Below, piece by piece: positions 20,677-31,928 of a stretch of 64,000 nt of DNA. The DNA lies in contig JACZXZ010000002.1 in assembly GCA_022571365.1 (NCBI GenBank), positions 14,402 through 78,401 of the forward strand, read 5' to 3'. The notes below the pieces were generated by a model. That model did not search any database and was not told the DNA's origin. It worked only from the letters and a program-made list of their open reading frames with translations. A program made the translations under genes and the position numbers. Source of the stretch: Pseudomonadota bacterium (GTDB lineage: Bacteria > Pseudomonadota > Alphaproteobacteria > G022571365). Numbering within the stretch: the first letter of the stretch is position 1; every line of letters begins with the position of its first letter.

Positions 20677-23598
20677 TTGACCACGCCGCCCGCACCGCCT
20701 GAATACGACATCACGATCGTGAGCCTCGAGGAGGAGATGAAGCACTCCTACCTCGACTACGCCATGAGCGTGATCGTGGCCCGCGCGCTGCCCGACGTGC
20801 GCGACGGGCTGAAGCCGGTCCACCGCCGCATCCTTTACGCCATGAAGGAGGGCGGCTACGACCGGGCCAAGCCGTTCCGCAAGTCGGCGCGCATCGTCGG
20901 CGACGTCATGGGCAAGTACCACCCCCACGGCGACGCCGCCATCTACGACGCCATGGTGCGCATGGCCCAGGATTTCTCCATGCGGCTCATGCTCATCGAA
21001 GGGCAGGGCAATTTCGGCTCCATGGACGGCGACCCGCCGGCCGCCATGCGTTACACCGAGGCGCGGCTCGCCCGCTCGGCCGAGGCGATTCTCGAGGATT
21101 TCGACAAGGGCACGGTCGACTTCAAGCCCAGTTACGACGGCAACGCCCAAGAGCCCGCCGTGCTGCCGGCCCGGTTTCCCAACCTGCTGGTCAACGGCGC
21201 CGGCGGTATCGCCGTCGGCATGGCGACCAACATCCCGACCCACAACCTGGGCGAGGTGATCGACGCCTGCTGTGCCTACGTGGACAATCCTGAGATCACC
21301 ATCGACGAGCTGATGGAGCACCTGCCGGGGCCGGACTTCCCGACCGCCGGCATCATACTCGGCAGAACGGGCATCCACGAAGCGTATCACACCGGTCGTG
21401 GCTCCATCGTCATGCGCGGACGCGCCGAAATCGAGGAGATCCGCAAGGATCGCCAGGCCATCGTCATCACCGAGATCCCGTATCAGGTCAACAAGTCGCG
21501 GATGGTCGAGCGCATCGCCGAGCTGGTTAGGGATAAGACCATCGAGGGCATCGTCGATCTGCGCGACGAGTCCGATCGCCACGGCGTCCGCGTGGTGGTC
21601 GAGGTCAGGCGCGATATCATCCCCGAGGTGGTGTTGAACCAGCTCTACCGTTACACGCCACTGCAGACCAGCTTCGGCGTCAACATGCTGGCCTTGAACC
21701 GCGGCCAGCCGGAGATGATGAATCTCAAGGACATCATCGCCCTCTTTATCGACTTCCGCGAGCAGGTCATCACCCGGCGCACGATATTCGAACTCAACAA
21801 AGCGCGGGCGCGCTCCCACATCCTGCTCGGCCTCGCCATCGCCGTGATCAACCTGGATCCGGTGATCGCGCTGATCCGCAAGGCTTCCGATCCGGCGGCC
21901 GCGCGGGCCGCGCTCAGGAAGCCGCCGTGGCCGGCCGGCGAGATGGAGGCGCTGATCCGCATGATCGACGAGCCGGAACAGAGCCTTAAGGACGGCGCCT
22001 ACCGCCTGTCGGAAGAGCAGGCGAAGGCGATATTGGAGCTCAGGCTCCATCGCTTGACCGGGCTCGAGCGCGACAAGATCGTCGAGGACTTGAAGGCGCT
22101 CGTCGATCAGATCTCCGGATATCTCGAGATCCTCGGCTCCCGGGAGCGCCTTTTGGAGATCCTGCGCCGCGAGCTTCAGGAGATGAAGGAGGAATTCGCG
22201 ACCCCGCGCCGCACCCAGATCGAGGAGATCGAGTTCGAGCACGACATCGAGGACCTGATCCAGCGCGAGGAGATGGTCGTCACCGTCACGCACACCGGCT
22301 ACATCAAACGGGTGCCGCTGTCGACCTACCGGGCGCAGCGCCGCGGCGGCAAGGGCCGGGCCGGCATGGCCACCCGCGAGGAGGACTTCGTCAGCCAGGT
22401 CTTCGTCGTCAACACCCACACCCCGGTCCTGTTCTTCTCCTCGCGCGGCATCGTCTACAAGATGAAGGTCTACAGGCTGCCCTTGGGCGCCCCGCAGGCG
22501 CGCGGCAAGGCGCTGGTCAATCTGTTGCCGCTGGAGGAGGAAGAGACGATCACCACCCTGATGCCCATGCCCGAGGACGAGCAAAGCTGGGGCGAACTCC
22601 ACGTCATGTTCGCCACCTCGGCCGGCCATGTCCGGCGCAACAAGCTGTCGGATTTCGTAAACGTCATGGCCAAAGGCAAGATCGCCATGAAGCTCAAGAA
22701 CGGCGACCAGCTCGTCGGCGTTCAGACCTGCACCGAGGACGACGACGTGTTGTTCGCCACCGGCGGCGGCAAGTGCATCCGCTTTCCGGCCACCGACGTC
22801 CGGGTGTTCAGCGGCCGCTCCTCGATCGGCGTCAGGGGCATCAGACTAGCCTCGGGCGATAAGGTCATTTCGATGTCGATTCTCACCCACATCGCAGCCG
22901 ACCCGAAGGATCGGGAGGAATACCTGCAAGCAGTCAACGCCAAGCACCGGCTTGCCAGCACCGAGTACACCGGCAAATCGGAGGAGAAAGCCCGCGATGA
23001 GCAGCGCGCCGCGCGGCTTGACGAGCAAAATTTCGTCGAGATGGCCGAGCACGAGGAGTTCATCCTGACGGTTGCCGAGAATGGTTTCGGCAAGCGTACC
23101 TCGGGTTACGACTACCGGATCGCCCGGCGCGGCGGCAAAGGCATCGGCAGCATGGAGCTGGAGCGCGACGGGAACGCCGTGGTCGCGGCGTTTACTGTCA
23201 CCGACGACGATCAGATCATATTGATGACCGACGGCGGGCAGATCATTCGATGCCCGGTGAATGACATTCGCGTCGCGCGGCGCGCCACCAGGGGAGTCAC
23301 CGTGTTCAAGCTCGCGGAAGGCGAGAAGGTGGTGTCGGTGTCGCGCCTCGGTGACGTCGGCGTCGAAGGCGACGGAGAAGAAGCAGGCGACGGAGAAGAA
23401 GCAGGCGAGGGCGAAGAGGCGGCGGACGGAGCGGCGGAATCGGAGGCGACGACCGTGGAGGACGACGGCAAGGGGGATGGTGGAGCGACGGCATCGGAGG
23501 CGACGGCCGTGGAGGACGACGGCAAGGGGGATGGTGGAGCGGCGGAATCGGAGGCGACGGCCGTGGAGGACGACGGCAAGGGGGACGGAGAACAATGA
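20677..23598 (+). CDS. gyrA: DNA gyrase subunit A
   Basis: 973 aa; [36 protein letters not shown] region, active-site Tyr region (AAMRYTE), C-terminal beta-pinwheel repeats and acidic tail; TTG start at 20677. Confidence 0.97.
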   Translation: MTTPPAPPEYDITIVSLEEEMKHSYLDYAMSVIVARALPDVRDGLKPVHRRILYAMKEGGYDRAKPFRKSARIVGDVMGKYHPHGDAAIYDAMVRMAQDFSMRLMLIEGQGNFGSMDGDPPAAMRYTEARLARSAEAILEDFDKGTVDFKPSYDGNAQEPAVLPARFPNLLVNGAGGIAVGMATNIPTHNLGEVIDACCAYVDNPEITIDELMEHLPGPDFPTAGIILGRTGIHEAYHTGRGSIVMRGRAEIEEIRKDRQAIVITEIPYQVNKSRMVERIAELVRDKTIEGIVDLRDESDRHGVRVVVEVRRDIIPEVVLNQLYRYTPLQTSFGVNMLALNRGQPEMMNLKDIIALFIDFREQVITRRTIFELNKARARSHILLGLAIAVINLDPVIALIRKASDPAAARAALRKPPWPAGEMEALIRMIDEPEQSLKDGAYRLSEEQAKAILELRLHRLTGLERDKIVEDLKALVDQISGYLEILGSRERLLEILRRELQEMKEEFATPRRTQIEEIEFEHDIEDLIQREEMVVTVTHTGYIKRVPLSTYRAQRRGGKGRAGMATREEDFVSQVFVVNTHTPVLFFSSRGIVYKMKVYRLPLGAPQARGKALVNLLPLEEEETITTLMPMPEDEQSWGELHVMFATSAGHVRRNKLSDFVNVMAKGKIAMKLKNGDQLVGVQTCTEDDDVLFATGGGKCIRFPATDVRVFSGRSSIGVRGIRLASGDKVISMSILTHIAADPKDREEYLQAVNAKHRLASTEYTGKSEEKARDEQRAARLDEQNFVEMAEHEEFILTVAENGFGKRTSGYDYRIARRGGKGIGSMELERDGNAVVAAFTVTDDDQIILMTDGGQIIRCPVNDIRVARRATRGVTVFKLAEGEKVVSVSRLGDVGVEGDGEEAGDGEEAGEGEEAADGAAESEATTVEDDGKGDGGATASEATAVEDDGKGDGGAAESEATAVEDDGKGDGEQ
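23380..23590 (+). repeat. Tandem repeats encoding the GyrA acidic C-terminal tail (18-bp x2 then ~60-bp x3)
   Basis: GGCGACGGAGAAGAAGCA x2; GGAGCG(A/G)CGG(C/A)ATCGGAGGCGACG(G/A)CCGTGGAGGACGACGGCAAGGGGGATGGT x3 giving [16 protein letters not shown] repeats. Confidence 0.85.
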
Positions 23599-24116
23599 GC
23601 GAGTCGCACACCGGCGTCTATCCGGGGACCTTCGATCCGACCACGAACGGCCATCTCGACATCATCTGGCGGGCGCTGCGGACCGTCGACCGTCTGATCG
23701 TGGCGGTCGCCGTCCATGCCGAAAAGGAGACGCTGTTCGACGTCGATGAGCGGGTCGAAATGATGCGCGAGGAGATTGCCACCCTGGACCGGAGCGAGGC
23801 CGGGCGGATCGAGGTCCATTCCTTCGACACCCTGCTCATGGACTTCGTCCAATCCGTCGGGGCCTCGATCATCATCCGGGGCTTGCGGGCGGTCTCGGAC
23901 TTTGAATACGAGTTCCAGATGACCGGCATGAACCGTCGCCTCAACCCGGATGTCGAGGCGGTGTTTCTCATGGCCTCGGAGGCGCACCAGTTCATCGCCT
24001 CGCGTCTGATCAAAGAGATCGCGCGCCTGGGCGGCGATATCTCCCCGTTCGTCTCGCCCCGTGTCGCCCGGCGCCTCGCAGAGCGCATCGCGGAACGGCG
24101 CCGGTCGCGGAAATAG
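23595..24116 (+). CDS. coaD: Phosphopantetheine adenylyltransferase
   Basis: [17 protein letters not shown] (HxGH nucleotidyltransferase motif); 173 aa; start overlaps gyrA stop. Confidence 0.92.
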   Translation: MSESHTGVYPGTFDPTTNGHLDIIWRALRTVDRLIVAVAVHAEKETLFDVDERVEMMREEIATLDRSEAGRIEVHSFDTLLMDFVQSVGASIIIRGLRAVSDFEYEFQMTGMNRRLNPDVEAVFLMASEAHQFIASRLIKEIARLGGDISPFVSPRVARRLAERIAERRRSRK

Positions 24117-24129
24117 CCAGAACGGACTC

Positions 24130-24600
24130 TTAGAGCCAGCGCCTGACGGACGCCTTGTAGGCCAGGTACGCCGCGCCGAACTTCCCCTCCAGGTACCGTT
24201 CCTCGCGGGCGATCACGCCATAGCGGATGACGGCGAGGGCAGGCACGAGCAGTCCCAGAATCCACGGATTGTCCGCGACGATCCCGATTCCCGCGTGGAT
24301 CAGGCTCAACGACAGATAAATCGGGTTGCGGGAGAGCCGGAAGGGGCCCGTGGTGACGAGCGCGGTGGTCGGCTTGTGCGTTACGACGTTGGTGCCGGCC
24401 TTGCGGAGGCGCCGCATGACGAGGGCTATGATGACGACGCCCGGGAAGATGAGCGCAAGTCCGGCGGCGAATTGCCCGGTGCCCGGAAGGATCGCGGCCG
24501 GCCAGACATAATCGAGCCCCAAACCAAGCCCGAGAAATCCCAGATAGATGACCGGCGGCGGGGCGATGACCCCGGGGCAATCCCTGTTGTCTGCGGTCAC
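24130..24600 (-). CDS. Isoprenylcysteine carboxyl methyltransferase (ICMT)/phospholipid methyltransferase family membrane protein
   Basis: GPFRLSRNPIYL and REERYLEGKFGAAY motifs, 4-5 TM; GTG start. Confidence 0.7.
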   Translation of the reverse strand: MTADNRDCPGVIAPPPVIYLGFLGLGLGLDYVWPAAILPGTGQFAAGLALIFPGVVIIALVMRRLRKAGTNVVTHKPTTALVTTGPFRLSRNPIYLSLSLIHAGIGIVADNPWILGLLVPALAVIRYGVIAREERYLEGKFGAAYLAYKASVRRWL

Positions 24601-24652
24601 GATCGGCGTCTTCCTCGGGTGTCTGCGGTCACGATCGGCGTCCTCCTCGGGG
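24588..24652. repeat. 32-bp tandem duplication spanning RBS and GTG start codon of the ICMT-family gene
   Basis: TGTCTGCGGTCACGATCGGCGTC(T/C)TCCTCGGG x2 (one mismatch); second copy out of frame with the CDS. Confidence 0.85.
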
Positions 24653-24920
24653 TTTCAGGCTAGTCGTTCCGATCCGGCGATCCAAGCCGCTGCGCCCGAC
24701 CCCCAGGGGCGAGGGCCTTGTATCAGGAGCTTTCAAGCCGCCTGGCCGAGTGGTGCGGGCGCCTGGCAAATGGTGCGAGCTCCTGGCGAGGCCCCGCCTA
24801 TCGCCGGGCAAACCGCGCCCGAAAGAGAGGGCTGGAACTGGGGTGGCGTCACCGGCGCCGTGGCGCCGGCTAAGCGGCGGCGCCGACTATTGACCGGCTC
24901 CGGCCCCAGACCTATGTTCC

Positions 24921-24943
24921 GGCCTATGTTCCGCGGCGTCAGG
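24921..24943. repeat. 12-bp tandem duplication (CCTATGTTCCGG x2) immediately upstream of tRNA-Lys, duplicating a -10-like TATGTT
   Basis: TTGACC-N17-TATGTT promoter-like arrangement (24888-24928) with the TATGTT-containing 12-mer duplicated. Confidence 0.6.
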
Positions 24944-24952
24944 GGCGCGTAG

Positions 24953-25028
24953 CTCAGTCGGCAGAGCAACGGACTTTTAATCCGCAGGTCCCCGGTTCGA
25001 ATCCGGGCGCGCCCACCAATCAAAATCA
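24953..25028 (+). tRNA. tRNA-Lys (anticodon UUU)
   Basis: GGGCGCG acceptor stem, GCTCAGTCGGCAGAGC D-arm, anticodon loop CUUUUAA, TTCGAATCC T-loop, encoded CCA. Confidence 0.92.
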
Positions 25029-25468
25029 ATGATTCATCCGGAGCCTCGCGGACGATAAGCCCCGCCAGGTCCTGGTTTGCAATTCCGGCCGCACCCATAG
25101 TCCGCACCGCCAACACTTGGGTCACGGAATTCCTCGACCTGGCCGAGCCGGCCGGCCTGCCATAATAGTACGGCGGGCAGGCTGGCGGGCGCCTGTCCGA
25201 AGCGGGAAATTCCCCTCATCCTGGACGACCTGGACCGGCTGCTCGCCCGCCGCCGCACATCCGGCGCGGAGCCGGTGACGAGCCCGTGAAGCGATTGGTC
25301 CTATCCGGCGTGAATTTCGGGAGCGCCGTTTCGTCGCCCGCCCGAGGGACCCGGCTCCTCCCGCGCGGGCCGGCGGAGGGTCCGATGCTAGGCTCATCGA
25401 CACCCGCGGCACACCAGCTTTGCGGCAGGCATGACGGCAGCTTGCCGCCCGCCGGCAGGACGCCCCTC

Positions 25469-26914
25469 TCAGCCGGCGCAACAGGGCAGTTTGCTCACGT
25501 CCTTCTCGAAACTCAGGGCCGCGAGCTTGAGGCCTTCCACAGTCGTCAGATAGGGAAAGATGGTCTCCGCCAGATCGGTCACGGTGAGGCCGTGTTTGAT
25601 GGCGAGCACGGCCGTCTGGATACTGTCGCACCCTTCCGGCGCCAGAATGTGCGCGCCGAGCAAGCGCCCCGTCTTCCCCTCGGCCACCAATTTGATGAGG
25701 CCGCGCGTGTCGCGCGCGGCGAGCGCCCGGGGCACCAGCGCCAGCGGGAGGATGGCCGTCGCCACCTTCAGGTCCCGGTCGCGGGCTTGGGCTTCGGTCA
25801 AGCCAACGCTGGCCACTTGGGGATCGGTGAAGGCGATGGACGGCATGGCCGTGGCGTCGTAGTGGCGTCCGTCGCCGTTCAGCGCGTTCTCGGCCGCGAT
25901 CTTGCCCCCGTAGGCCGCCATGTAGACGAACTGGTCCCGGCCGGTCACGTCGCCGGCGGCGTAGATATTCGAGCCCGTCGTGCGCAACCGGTCGTCCACC
26001 TTGATGCCGCCGTTCGGGGTCAGCTCCACACCGGCCTCCTTCAGGCCCAGCCCCTGCGTGTTGGGCCGGCGACCGGCGCTGACCAGAATCTTCTCGGCCT
26101 CGATCGTCTCGGCGGCTTCGTCGCCTCCGATTGAAATAGCCACGCCTTCCGCCGTCCGCCGGATTTCTCTGTAGGAGATTCCACTGCGAATGGTGATCCC
26201 CTCGTCTCGGAAATAGCCGGCCAAGGCCTCGCCGATCTCCGGCTCGGCTTCCGGGAGCAGCCGGCGCCGGCAGAGGACGGTGACCTTCACGCCCGCCCGG
26301 GCAAGCATCTGGGCGAGCTCGCAGCCGATATATCCGGCCCCGATCACAAGCAGCGAGGCGGGCAGGCGCTCGAGCTCCAGGGCGCTCGTGCTGGTCAGGT
26401 AAGGAACGTCCTCAATCCCGGGGATCGGCGGCACCGCGGCGGAGGCGCCCGTTGTAATGACGATCTTATCGGAGCGCAGCAGGCTGCCGTTCACCGCCAC
26501 GCCGTCGCCGGTAAGGCGCGCCGGACCCTCCATATAGGTGATGGCGCTGTAGGACGGCAGCGGATCGCTGTACTTGGTCCGCCGCAGGCTTGCCACCAGT
26601 TCATCCTTCTGCGCGACGAGCGCGCGCCAGTCACCCAGCTCCGCATGGCCGCGGATGCCGGCAAAGCGCGCGGCGGTTCGTGCCTGATGGAGGGTCTCGA
26701 CCCCGCGGATCAGCGCCTTGGAAGGGACGCAGCCGACGTTGACGCAGGTTCCGCCGATGGTCCCGTGCCCGATGAGCGCGACTCGCGCCCCAAGCTCGGA
26801 AGCTTGGATGGCGGCGGCAAATCCCGCCGAGCCGGCGCCGATGACGATCAGGTCCGGCGCCCCATTGGCCTGGCTGGCGCTGCTGTCGCAGCAAGCCCGC
26901 GTGGCGCTGGTCAT
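25469..26914 (-). CDS. merA: Mercuric reductase MerA, core form without N-terminal HMA (NmerA) domain
   Basis: Redox-active disulfide GGTCVNVGCVPSK, FAD/NAD(P) Rossmann motifs, C-terminal vicinal Cys pair ...KLPCCAG* diagnostic of MerA; start at MTSATRACC (ORF track extends further upstream). Confidence 0.85.
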   Translation of the reverse strand: MTSATRACCDSSASQANGAPDLIVIGAGSAGFAAAIQASELGARVALIGHGTIGGTCVNVGCVPSKALIRGVETLHQARTAARFAGIRGHAELGDWRALVAQKDELVASLRRTKYSDPLPSYSAITYMEGPARLTGDGVAVNGSLLRSDKIVITTGASAAVPPIPGIEDVPYLTSTSALELERLPASLLVIGAGYIGCELAQMLARAGVKVTVLCRRRLLPEAEPEIGEALAGYFRDEGITIRSGISYREIRRTAEGVAISIGGDEAAETIEAEKILVSAGRRPNTQGLGLKEAGVELTPNGGIKVDDRLRTTGSNIYAAGDVTGRDQFVYMAAYGGKIAAENALNGDGRHYDATAMPSIAFTDPQVASVGLTEAQARDRDLKVATAILPLALVPRALAARDTRGLIKLVAEGKTGRLLGAHILAPEGCDSIQTAVLAIKHGLTVTDLAETIFPYLTTVEGLKLAALSFEKDVSKLPCCAG

Positions 26915-26937
26915 TGCACGGTCCCGGTGCCGCCGGA

Positions 26938-27183
26938 TCAAGCGGGCCGGTCGGCCCCTTGTCTCGAGGCCCTGCGGGCCAGAGCGTAGCGCACCACCGC
27001 ATAGATGGTGATCGCGATAAAGATCGCGAGAAGTGGAAAGAGAATGTAATCGAGCCAGCCGCCAACCCACGCCGACAGCCCAACCACACCGAACAGAACC
27101 GCCAGCACCGGGGTGAAACAGCAGACCCCGGTGATGACCGTGCCCCAGCCACCTGTGCGAAGAAGATTTTCGTTGGTGATCAT
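26938..27183 (-). CDS. merF: Mercury transporter MerF-like (81 aa, 2 TM)
   Basis: TGVCCFTPVLAVLFGVVGLSA ... LDYILFPLLAIFIAITIYA closely parallels MerF; only one vicinal Cys pair (the C-terminal CC of canonical MerF is absent). Confidence 0.7.
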   Translation of the reverse strand: MITNENLLRTGGWGTVITGVCCFTPVLAVLFGVVGLSAWVGGWLDYILFPLLAIFIAITIYAVVRYALARRASRQGADRPA

Positions 27184-27341
27184 GAGAGTCTCATCCTTGT
27201 CGAATGGTTGACTCCGCCGGAGTCAACAGGTCCATGAAAATGGCTTTGCCGACCTGCATTCCTTCTATCGAGGGACGACGGAGACCCCTTGACGCCGGGA
27301 ACCGACCTTGCAAATCGCCGATGGATGGTCCAATCATAGGA

Positions 27342-27358
27342 CCTGTAGTAACTATAGG
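27342..27358. promoter_or_regulatory. Candidate MerR operator (imperfect dyad CCTGTAG-TAA-CTATAGG) in the merR / merF divergent intergenic region
   Basis: Near-palindrome centred between the merF start (27183) and merR start (27385); MerR-type operators lie in the spacer of the regulated promoter. Confidence 0.3.
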
Positions 27359-27384
27359 TTCAAGTCTTTTTTTGGAGGGTCGCC

Positions 27385-27804
27385 ATGCTCGAGATTGACA
27401 TACCGCTCCTCAAGATCGGCGCGCTGGCGGAGCGGATCGGCTGCAAGGTCGAAACCATAAGGTATTACGAGGCCATCGGGATTCTGCCGAAGCCCGGGCG
27501 CAGCGAAGGCGGCCAGCGGATCTACAATCGCGACCACTTGAAGCGTCTCAACTTCGTCCGCCGCGCCCGGAACCTCGGCTTCACCCTGGACGAGGTCCGC
27601 GCGCTGCTGCGCCTGGTCGACGAAAAGGGGCATAGCTGCGCCGAGGTGCGGGCGCTGGGGCGCGCCCATCTCGACGGCGTCCGCGCCAGGATCGCGGACC
27701 TTGAGGCGCTCGAAGCGGTGTTGGAGAAGCTGGTCCAGGACTGCGCCGGCGGCACGGTCCCGGAGTGCCCGATCATCGAGGCGCTGTTCCGGGAGGCGGA
27801 CTAG
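27385..27804 (+). CDS. merR: MerR family Hg(II)-responsive transcriptional regulator
   Basis: N-terminal MerR HTH (IGALAERIGCKVETIRYYE), coiled-coil, three Cys in MerR positions (C in GHSCAEV; C-x8-C in DCAGGTVPECP); divergent from merF-merA. Confidence 0.8.
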   Translation: MLEIDIPLLKIGALAERIGCKVETIRYYEAIGILPKPGRSEGGQRIYNRDHLKRLNFVRRARNLGFTLDEVRALLRLVDEKGHSCAEVRALGRAHLDGVRARIADLEALEAVLEKLVQDCAGGTVPECPIIEALFREAD

Positions 27805-27948
27805 GGTCCGCGCCAAACCGCCGGTTAGCTGGCAGCAGAGGCCCGCTTTGTGATAGAGTTTCGGTGCCCGACAGGCTCGTGTGGGAAATGCCGGATTAAG
27901 GATGTCGGGTAAGATCAATAAGAATACCGGGTAAGATCAAAAGGGAGG

Positions 27949-28536
27949 ATGACGAAAATGACGAGCGCGACTTCAATTCACCCTGCCGTGGATCAGGGTG
28001 TGAAACCTGGGGCGCAGGATTTTGCGGGCGGGACGCTCGTGTGCAAATGCGATCAAAACCCCGTTGAGGTAACGGTTAAAGGGCAATGTGCACATAATCA
28101 CGTATGCGGCTGCACGCAGTGCTGGAAGCCTGAGGGCGCAGTGTTCTCGCAGATCGCGGTCGTGTCGCGTGACAACCTCAGCGTAACCGCGAACGAACAT
28201 AAGCTTGAGATCGTGGACCCCTCCGCAGGTATTCAGCGATACGCCTGCACGGGGTGCGGCGTTCATATGTATGGCCGTATCGAAAACAAAAATCACCCAT
28301 TCTTCGGGCTTGATTTCATCCATACTGAACTATCCAAGGAAGACGGCTGGGCAGAACCTAAATTCGCGGCATTCGTTTCCTCAGTCATTGAATCGGGAAC
28401 CAAACCCGATCAGATGGATAGTATCAGAGCAAGGCTGAGAGAACTGGGTCTAGAGCCTTATGATTGCCTTTCGCCGGCCTTGATGGATGCAATTGCAACC
28501 CATACCGCCAAGGCAGCGGGCGTCTTGAGTGACTAA
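27949..28536 (+). CDS. gfa: S-(hydroxymethyl)glutathione synthase (glutathione-dependent formaldehyde-activating enzyme)
   Basis: Near-identical to Gfa across its length (IHPAVDxGxKP...FAGGTLxCKC...[16 protein letters not shown]...[11 protein letters not shown]...FAAFVSSxIESG...[13 protein letters not shown]); coding GC ~52% vs ~68% surroundings. Confidence 0.9.
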   Translation: MTKMTSATSIHPAVDQGVKPGAQDFAGGTLVCKCDQNPVEVTVKGQCAHNHVCGCTQCWKPEGAVFSQIAVVSRDNLSVTANEHKLEIVDPSAGIQRYACTGCGVHMYGRIENKNHPFFGLDFIHTELSKEDGWAEPKFAAFVSSVIESGTKPDQMDSIRARLRELGLEPYDCLSPALMDAIATHTAKAAGVLSD

Positions 28537-28790
28537 TCATTCGATCGCGGTGAAATAACACCCGGCCGTCAATGGCCGTCTGTTCAAAGAGGGTATGCGC
28601 CTGAAAGCGCCGCTGTTTTGAGCTTGGGCAATATGGCGCGCCACGTCCACGAGCGGATCATGGACCATGGGTGAACGGTCGCCGGCAAAGCATTCCGAGT
28701 CGCTGAAACGTCTGCTCGACCGGGACGAGCCGGATTTCAAACACTAACGAGGGCGCCAAGGCAACAAGCACAATCCAAGGGAGGGATGGC

Positions 28791-29900
<1,110 letters not shown>

Positions 29901-29962
29901 AGCCTGATTCGAAAGATCCGACGCGGATGCCGGCGGGATCGCGGCGGCAACCCCGGCCGGCG

Positions 29963-31372
29963 TCAAAGCCGGCACAGGGGAGGGGTCCCGAGGCGCTCGC
30001 GCGCCGTGCCCAGAGTCTTCTCGATGGCGAGGCCCAGGGCGAGAAGCCGCTCGTCCGCGCCATGGCGGGCCATGAGCTGGAGTCCGACCGGCATGCCCGC
30101 TTGGTCGCGTGCGACCGGTAGCGTGAGCGCGCACATCCCGAACATGTTGGCGATGGAGGTATTGCGCAGCGCGCGCATGTTCATGGAATGATAGCCATCC
30201 ATCCCGGTCACCTCGGCGACCGCCGGCGGCGTCACCGGAACCGTGGGCGAGGCGAGCAAGTCCACGGCCGCCAGACGCCGGCCCGCCGAGGCGGCCAGCT
30301 CGGCGCTTCGGCGGTTCGAAAAGCCCCCGGCCGGCATGCCGCCACTGGCGGAGATTCGCCCCGTAACCACGGGATCCAGGGTCCCCAGCCATTCCGGAAG
30401 CCGGCTGGACAGGAAGGCGGAGCGTTCGGCGGCGATGCCGCCGCGGCCGACCTTGGAATAGATCTCGGACGCCTCTGCGGCTTCCGGCAGCGCGATCCTC
30501 ACGAGCTTGGCGCCCCTGGCGGCCACCTCGTCGAGCGCGGCCTTCACGCCTTCGGCCACGCCCGGCGAGCAGTCATCCCAGAACAGATCGTCGCAGATTC
30601 CGAGCCTCAACCCCGCCACCTCCACGCCCGCCAACAGTTGCCGGAAGCGCTCGATATCGTCGCACTCGGGATCGATGCCCGGAAAGGCGAAGGCGATGTC
30701 GGCCACCGACCGCGCGAGCAGGCCGGCGGTGTCGTAGGTCGGGCTCAAGGGCACGATCCCCGCCGTCGACCACCGGCCGACGGTGGTCTTGAGCCCGACA
30801 TTGCCCGTCATGCTGGCCGGAATCCTGATCGACCCCCCGGTGTCGGACCCGAGCGCGAGGAATGCCGAGCCTTCGCACAGGCTCACGCCGGCGCCGCTCG
30901 ACGACCCGCCGGGCACGCGGTGGACCTTCGCGTCCCACGGATTGCGCGGCGTACCCCAGTGCGTGTTGGTACCCAAGCCGCCAAAAGCGAACTCGACCGT
31001 GTGGGTCTTGCCGGTGATCACCGCCGCCTGCCGGCGCAGGGCCTGGATCACGGGCCCCTCGGCTTCCCACTCTTCCGGCAACCGCCTGGGCGAGCCGGCG
31101 TAGGTCGGCAAATCCTTGACCCCGTAGATGTCCTTGACCGAGATGGGAATGCCTTGCAACGGCCCCGAATCGAGGCCGGCGGCGAAAGCGGCGTCGGCCG
31201 TCCGGGCCTGGGCCAAAGCGCCATCGGGGTCCCAGGTCTTGTAGGCGCCGAGGACCGGGTCGAGGTGGTCGTGTCGGGCGATCGCCTCCTCGGCGAGCGC
31301 CTCGGCGCTGGTGCGCCCGGCCCTGAGGGCCTCGGCCACCTCTTCAAGCGGTTGGTGCATGAACTCAGTCAT
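29963..31372 (-). CDS. Amidase signature family protein
   Basis: GGSSSGAGV...GSDTGGSIRIPA amidase signature with Ser-cisSer-Lys catalytic context; start at MTEFMHQPLEE. Confidence 0.8.
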   Translation of the reverse strand: MTEFMHQPLEEVAEALRAGRTSAEALAEEAIARHDHLDPVLGAYKTWDPDGALAQARTADAAFAAGLDSGPLQGIPISVKDIYGVKDLPTYAGSPRRLPEEWEAEGPVIQALRRQAAVITGKTHTVEFAFGGLGTNTHWGTPRNPWDAKVHRVPGGSSSGAGVSLCEGSAFLALGSDTGGSIRIPASMTGNVGLKTTVGRWSTAGIVPLSPTYDTAGLLARSVADIAFAFPGIDPECDDIERFRQLLAGVEVAGLRLGICDDLFWDDCSPGVAEGVKAALDEVAARGAKLVRIALPEAAEASEIYSKVGRGGIAAERSAFLSSRLPEWLGTLDPVVTGRISASGGMPAGGFSNRRSAELAASAGRRLAAVDLLASPTVPVTPPAVAEVTGMDGYHSMNMRALRNTSIANMFGMCALTLPVARDQAGMPVGLQLMARHGADERLLALGLAIEKTLGTARERLGTPPLCRL

Positions 31373-31427
31373 GGTGAGTGACCGTGGCGTGGAGTCGATC
31401 CCGCGGGGATCCGCCTTCCCGGCCCGA

Positions 31428-31928
31428 TTACGCGGCGCGGCGGCCGCTGAGCGCCGCCTCTTCAACGCGCACGCGGTGACGCAGCAGAAGGAGGTTCATG
31501 AGGGAGAAGACGAGGGCGATCTCCCACGCGCCGAAGGCGAGCGGCAGGATGGCGATCTCGGCGATCACCACCAGGTAGTTGGGATGGTGGAGGAAACGGT
31601 AGGGGCCGCGCTTGACCAGCGGCGCGCCGGGCAACGTGATGATCCGGGTCGTCCAGTATTTGCCCAGGCTCGCGATGGTCCAGACCCGCGCGGCCAACAG
31701 CGCGGCGAAGAGGCCGATGAGCGGCCAGTGGAGCGGCGCGTCCTCCGGCACCGCCAGCAGGAGGGCGAGGAGCCAGGCGCCGTGGAGCAGGATGAACAGC
31801 GGGTAATGGTCCGCCCCGACCTCCACCGCACCCTCGGCCAGCAGGCGCCGGGTGTTGCGCCGGGCGTGGACGAGCTCGCCCAGGCGCTGCAAGACGACCA
31901 GCGCGACGATCCAGTCGTGGATGCTCAC
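31428..31928 (-). CDS. ICMT-family membrane methyltransferase, translationally coupled to the type III PKS (SrsB-like)
   Basis: GPYRFLHHPNYL motif, 4 TM, 166 aa; start overlaps PKS stop (31925-31928). Confidence 0.7.
   Translation of the reverse strand: MSIHDWIVALVVLQRLGELVHARRNTRRLLAEGAVEVGADHYPLFILLHGAWLLALLLAVPEDAPLHWPLIGLFAALLAARVWTIASLGKYWTTRIITLPGAPLVKRGPYRFLHHPNYLVVIAEIAILPLAFGAWEIALVFSLMNLLLLRHRVRVEEAALSGRRAA

Noticed and set aside
24953-25468. Integrase or att-site evidence for an island at tRNA-Lys
   Set aside because: No recombinase ORF and no direct repeat of the tRNA 3' end within the window; island status left as inference only.
25122-26134. ORFs 25122..25631(-) and 25286..26134(+) near/over the merA 3' end
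   Set aside because: Arg/Ala/Gly-rich translations without motifs; the + ORF is antisense to merA; the 440 bp between tRNA-Lys and the merA stop shows no convincing CDS (no merD/merE-like peptide).
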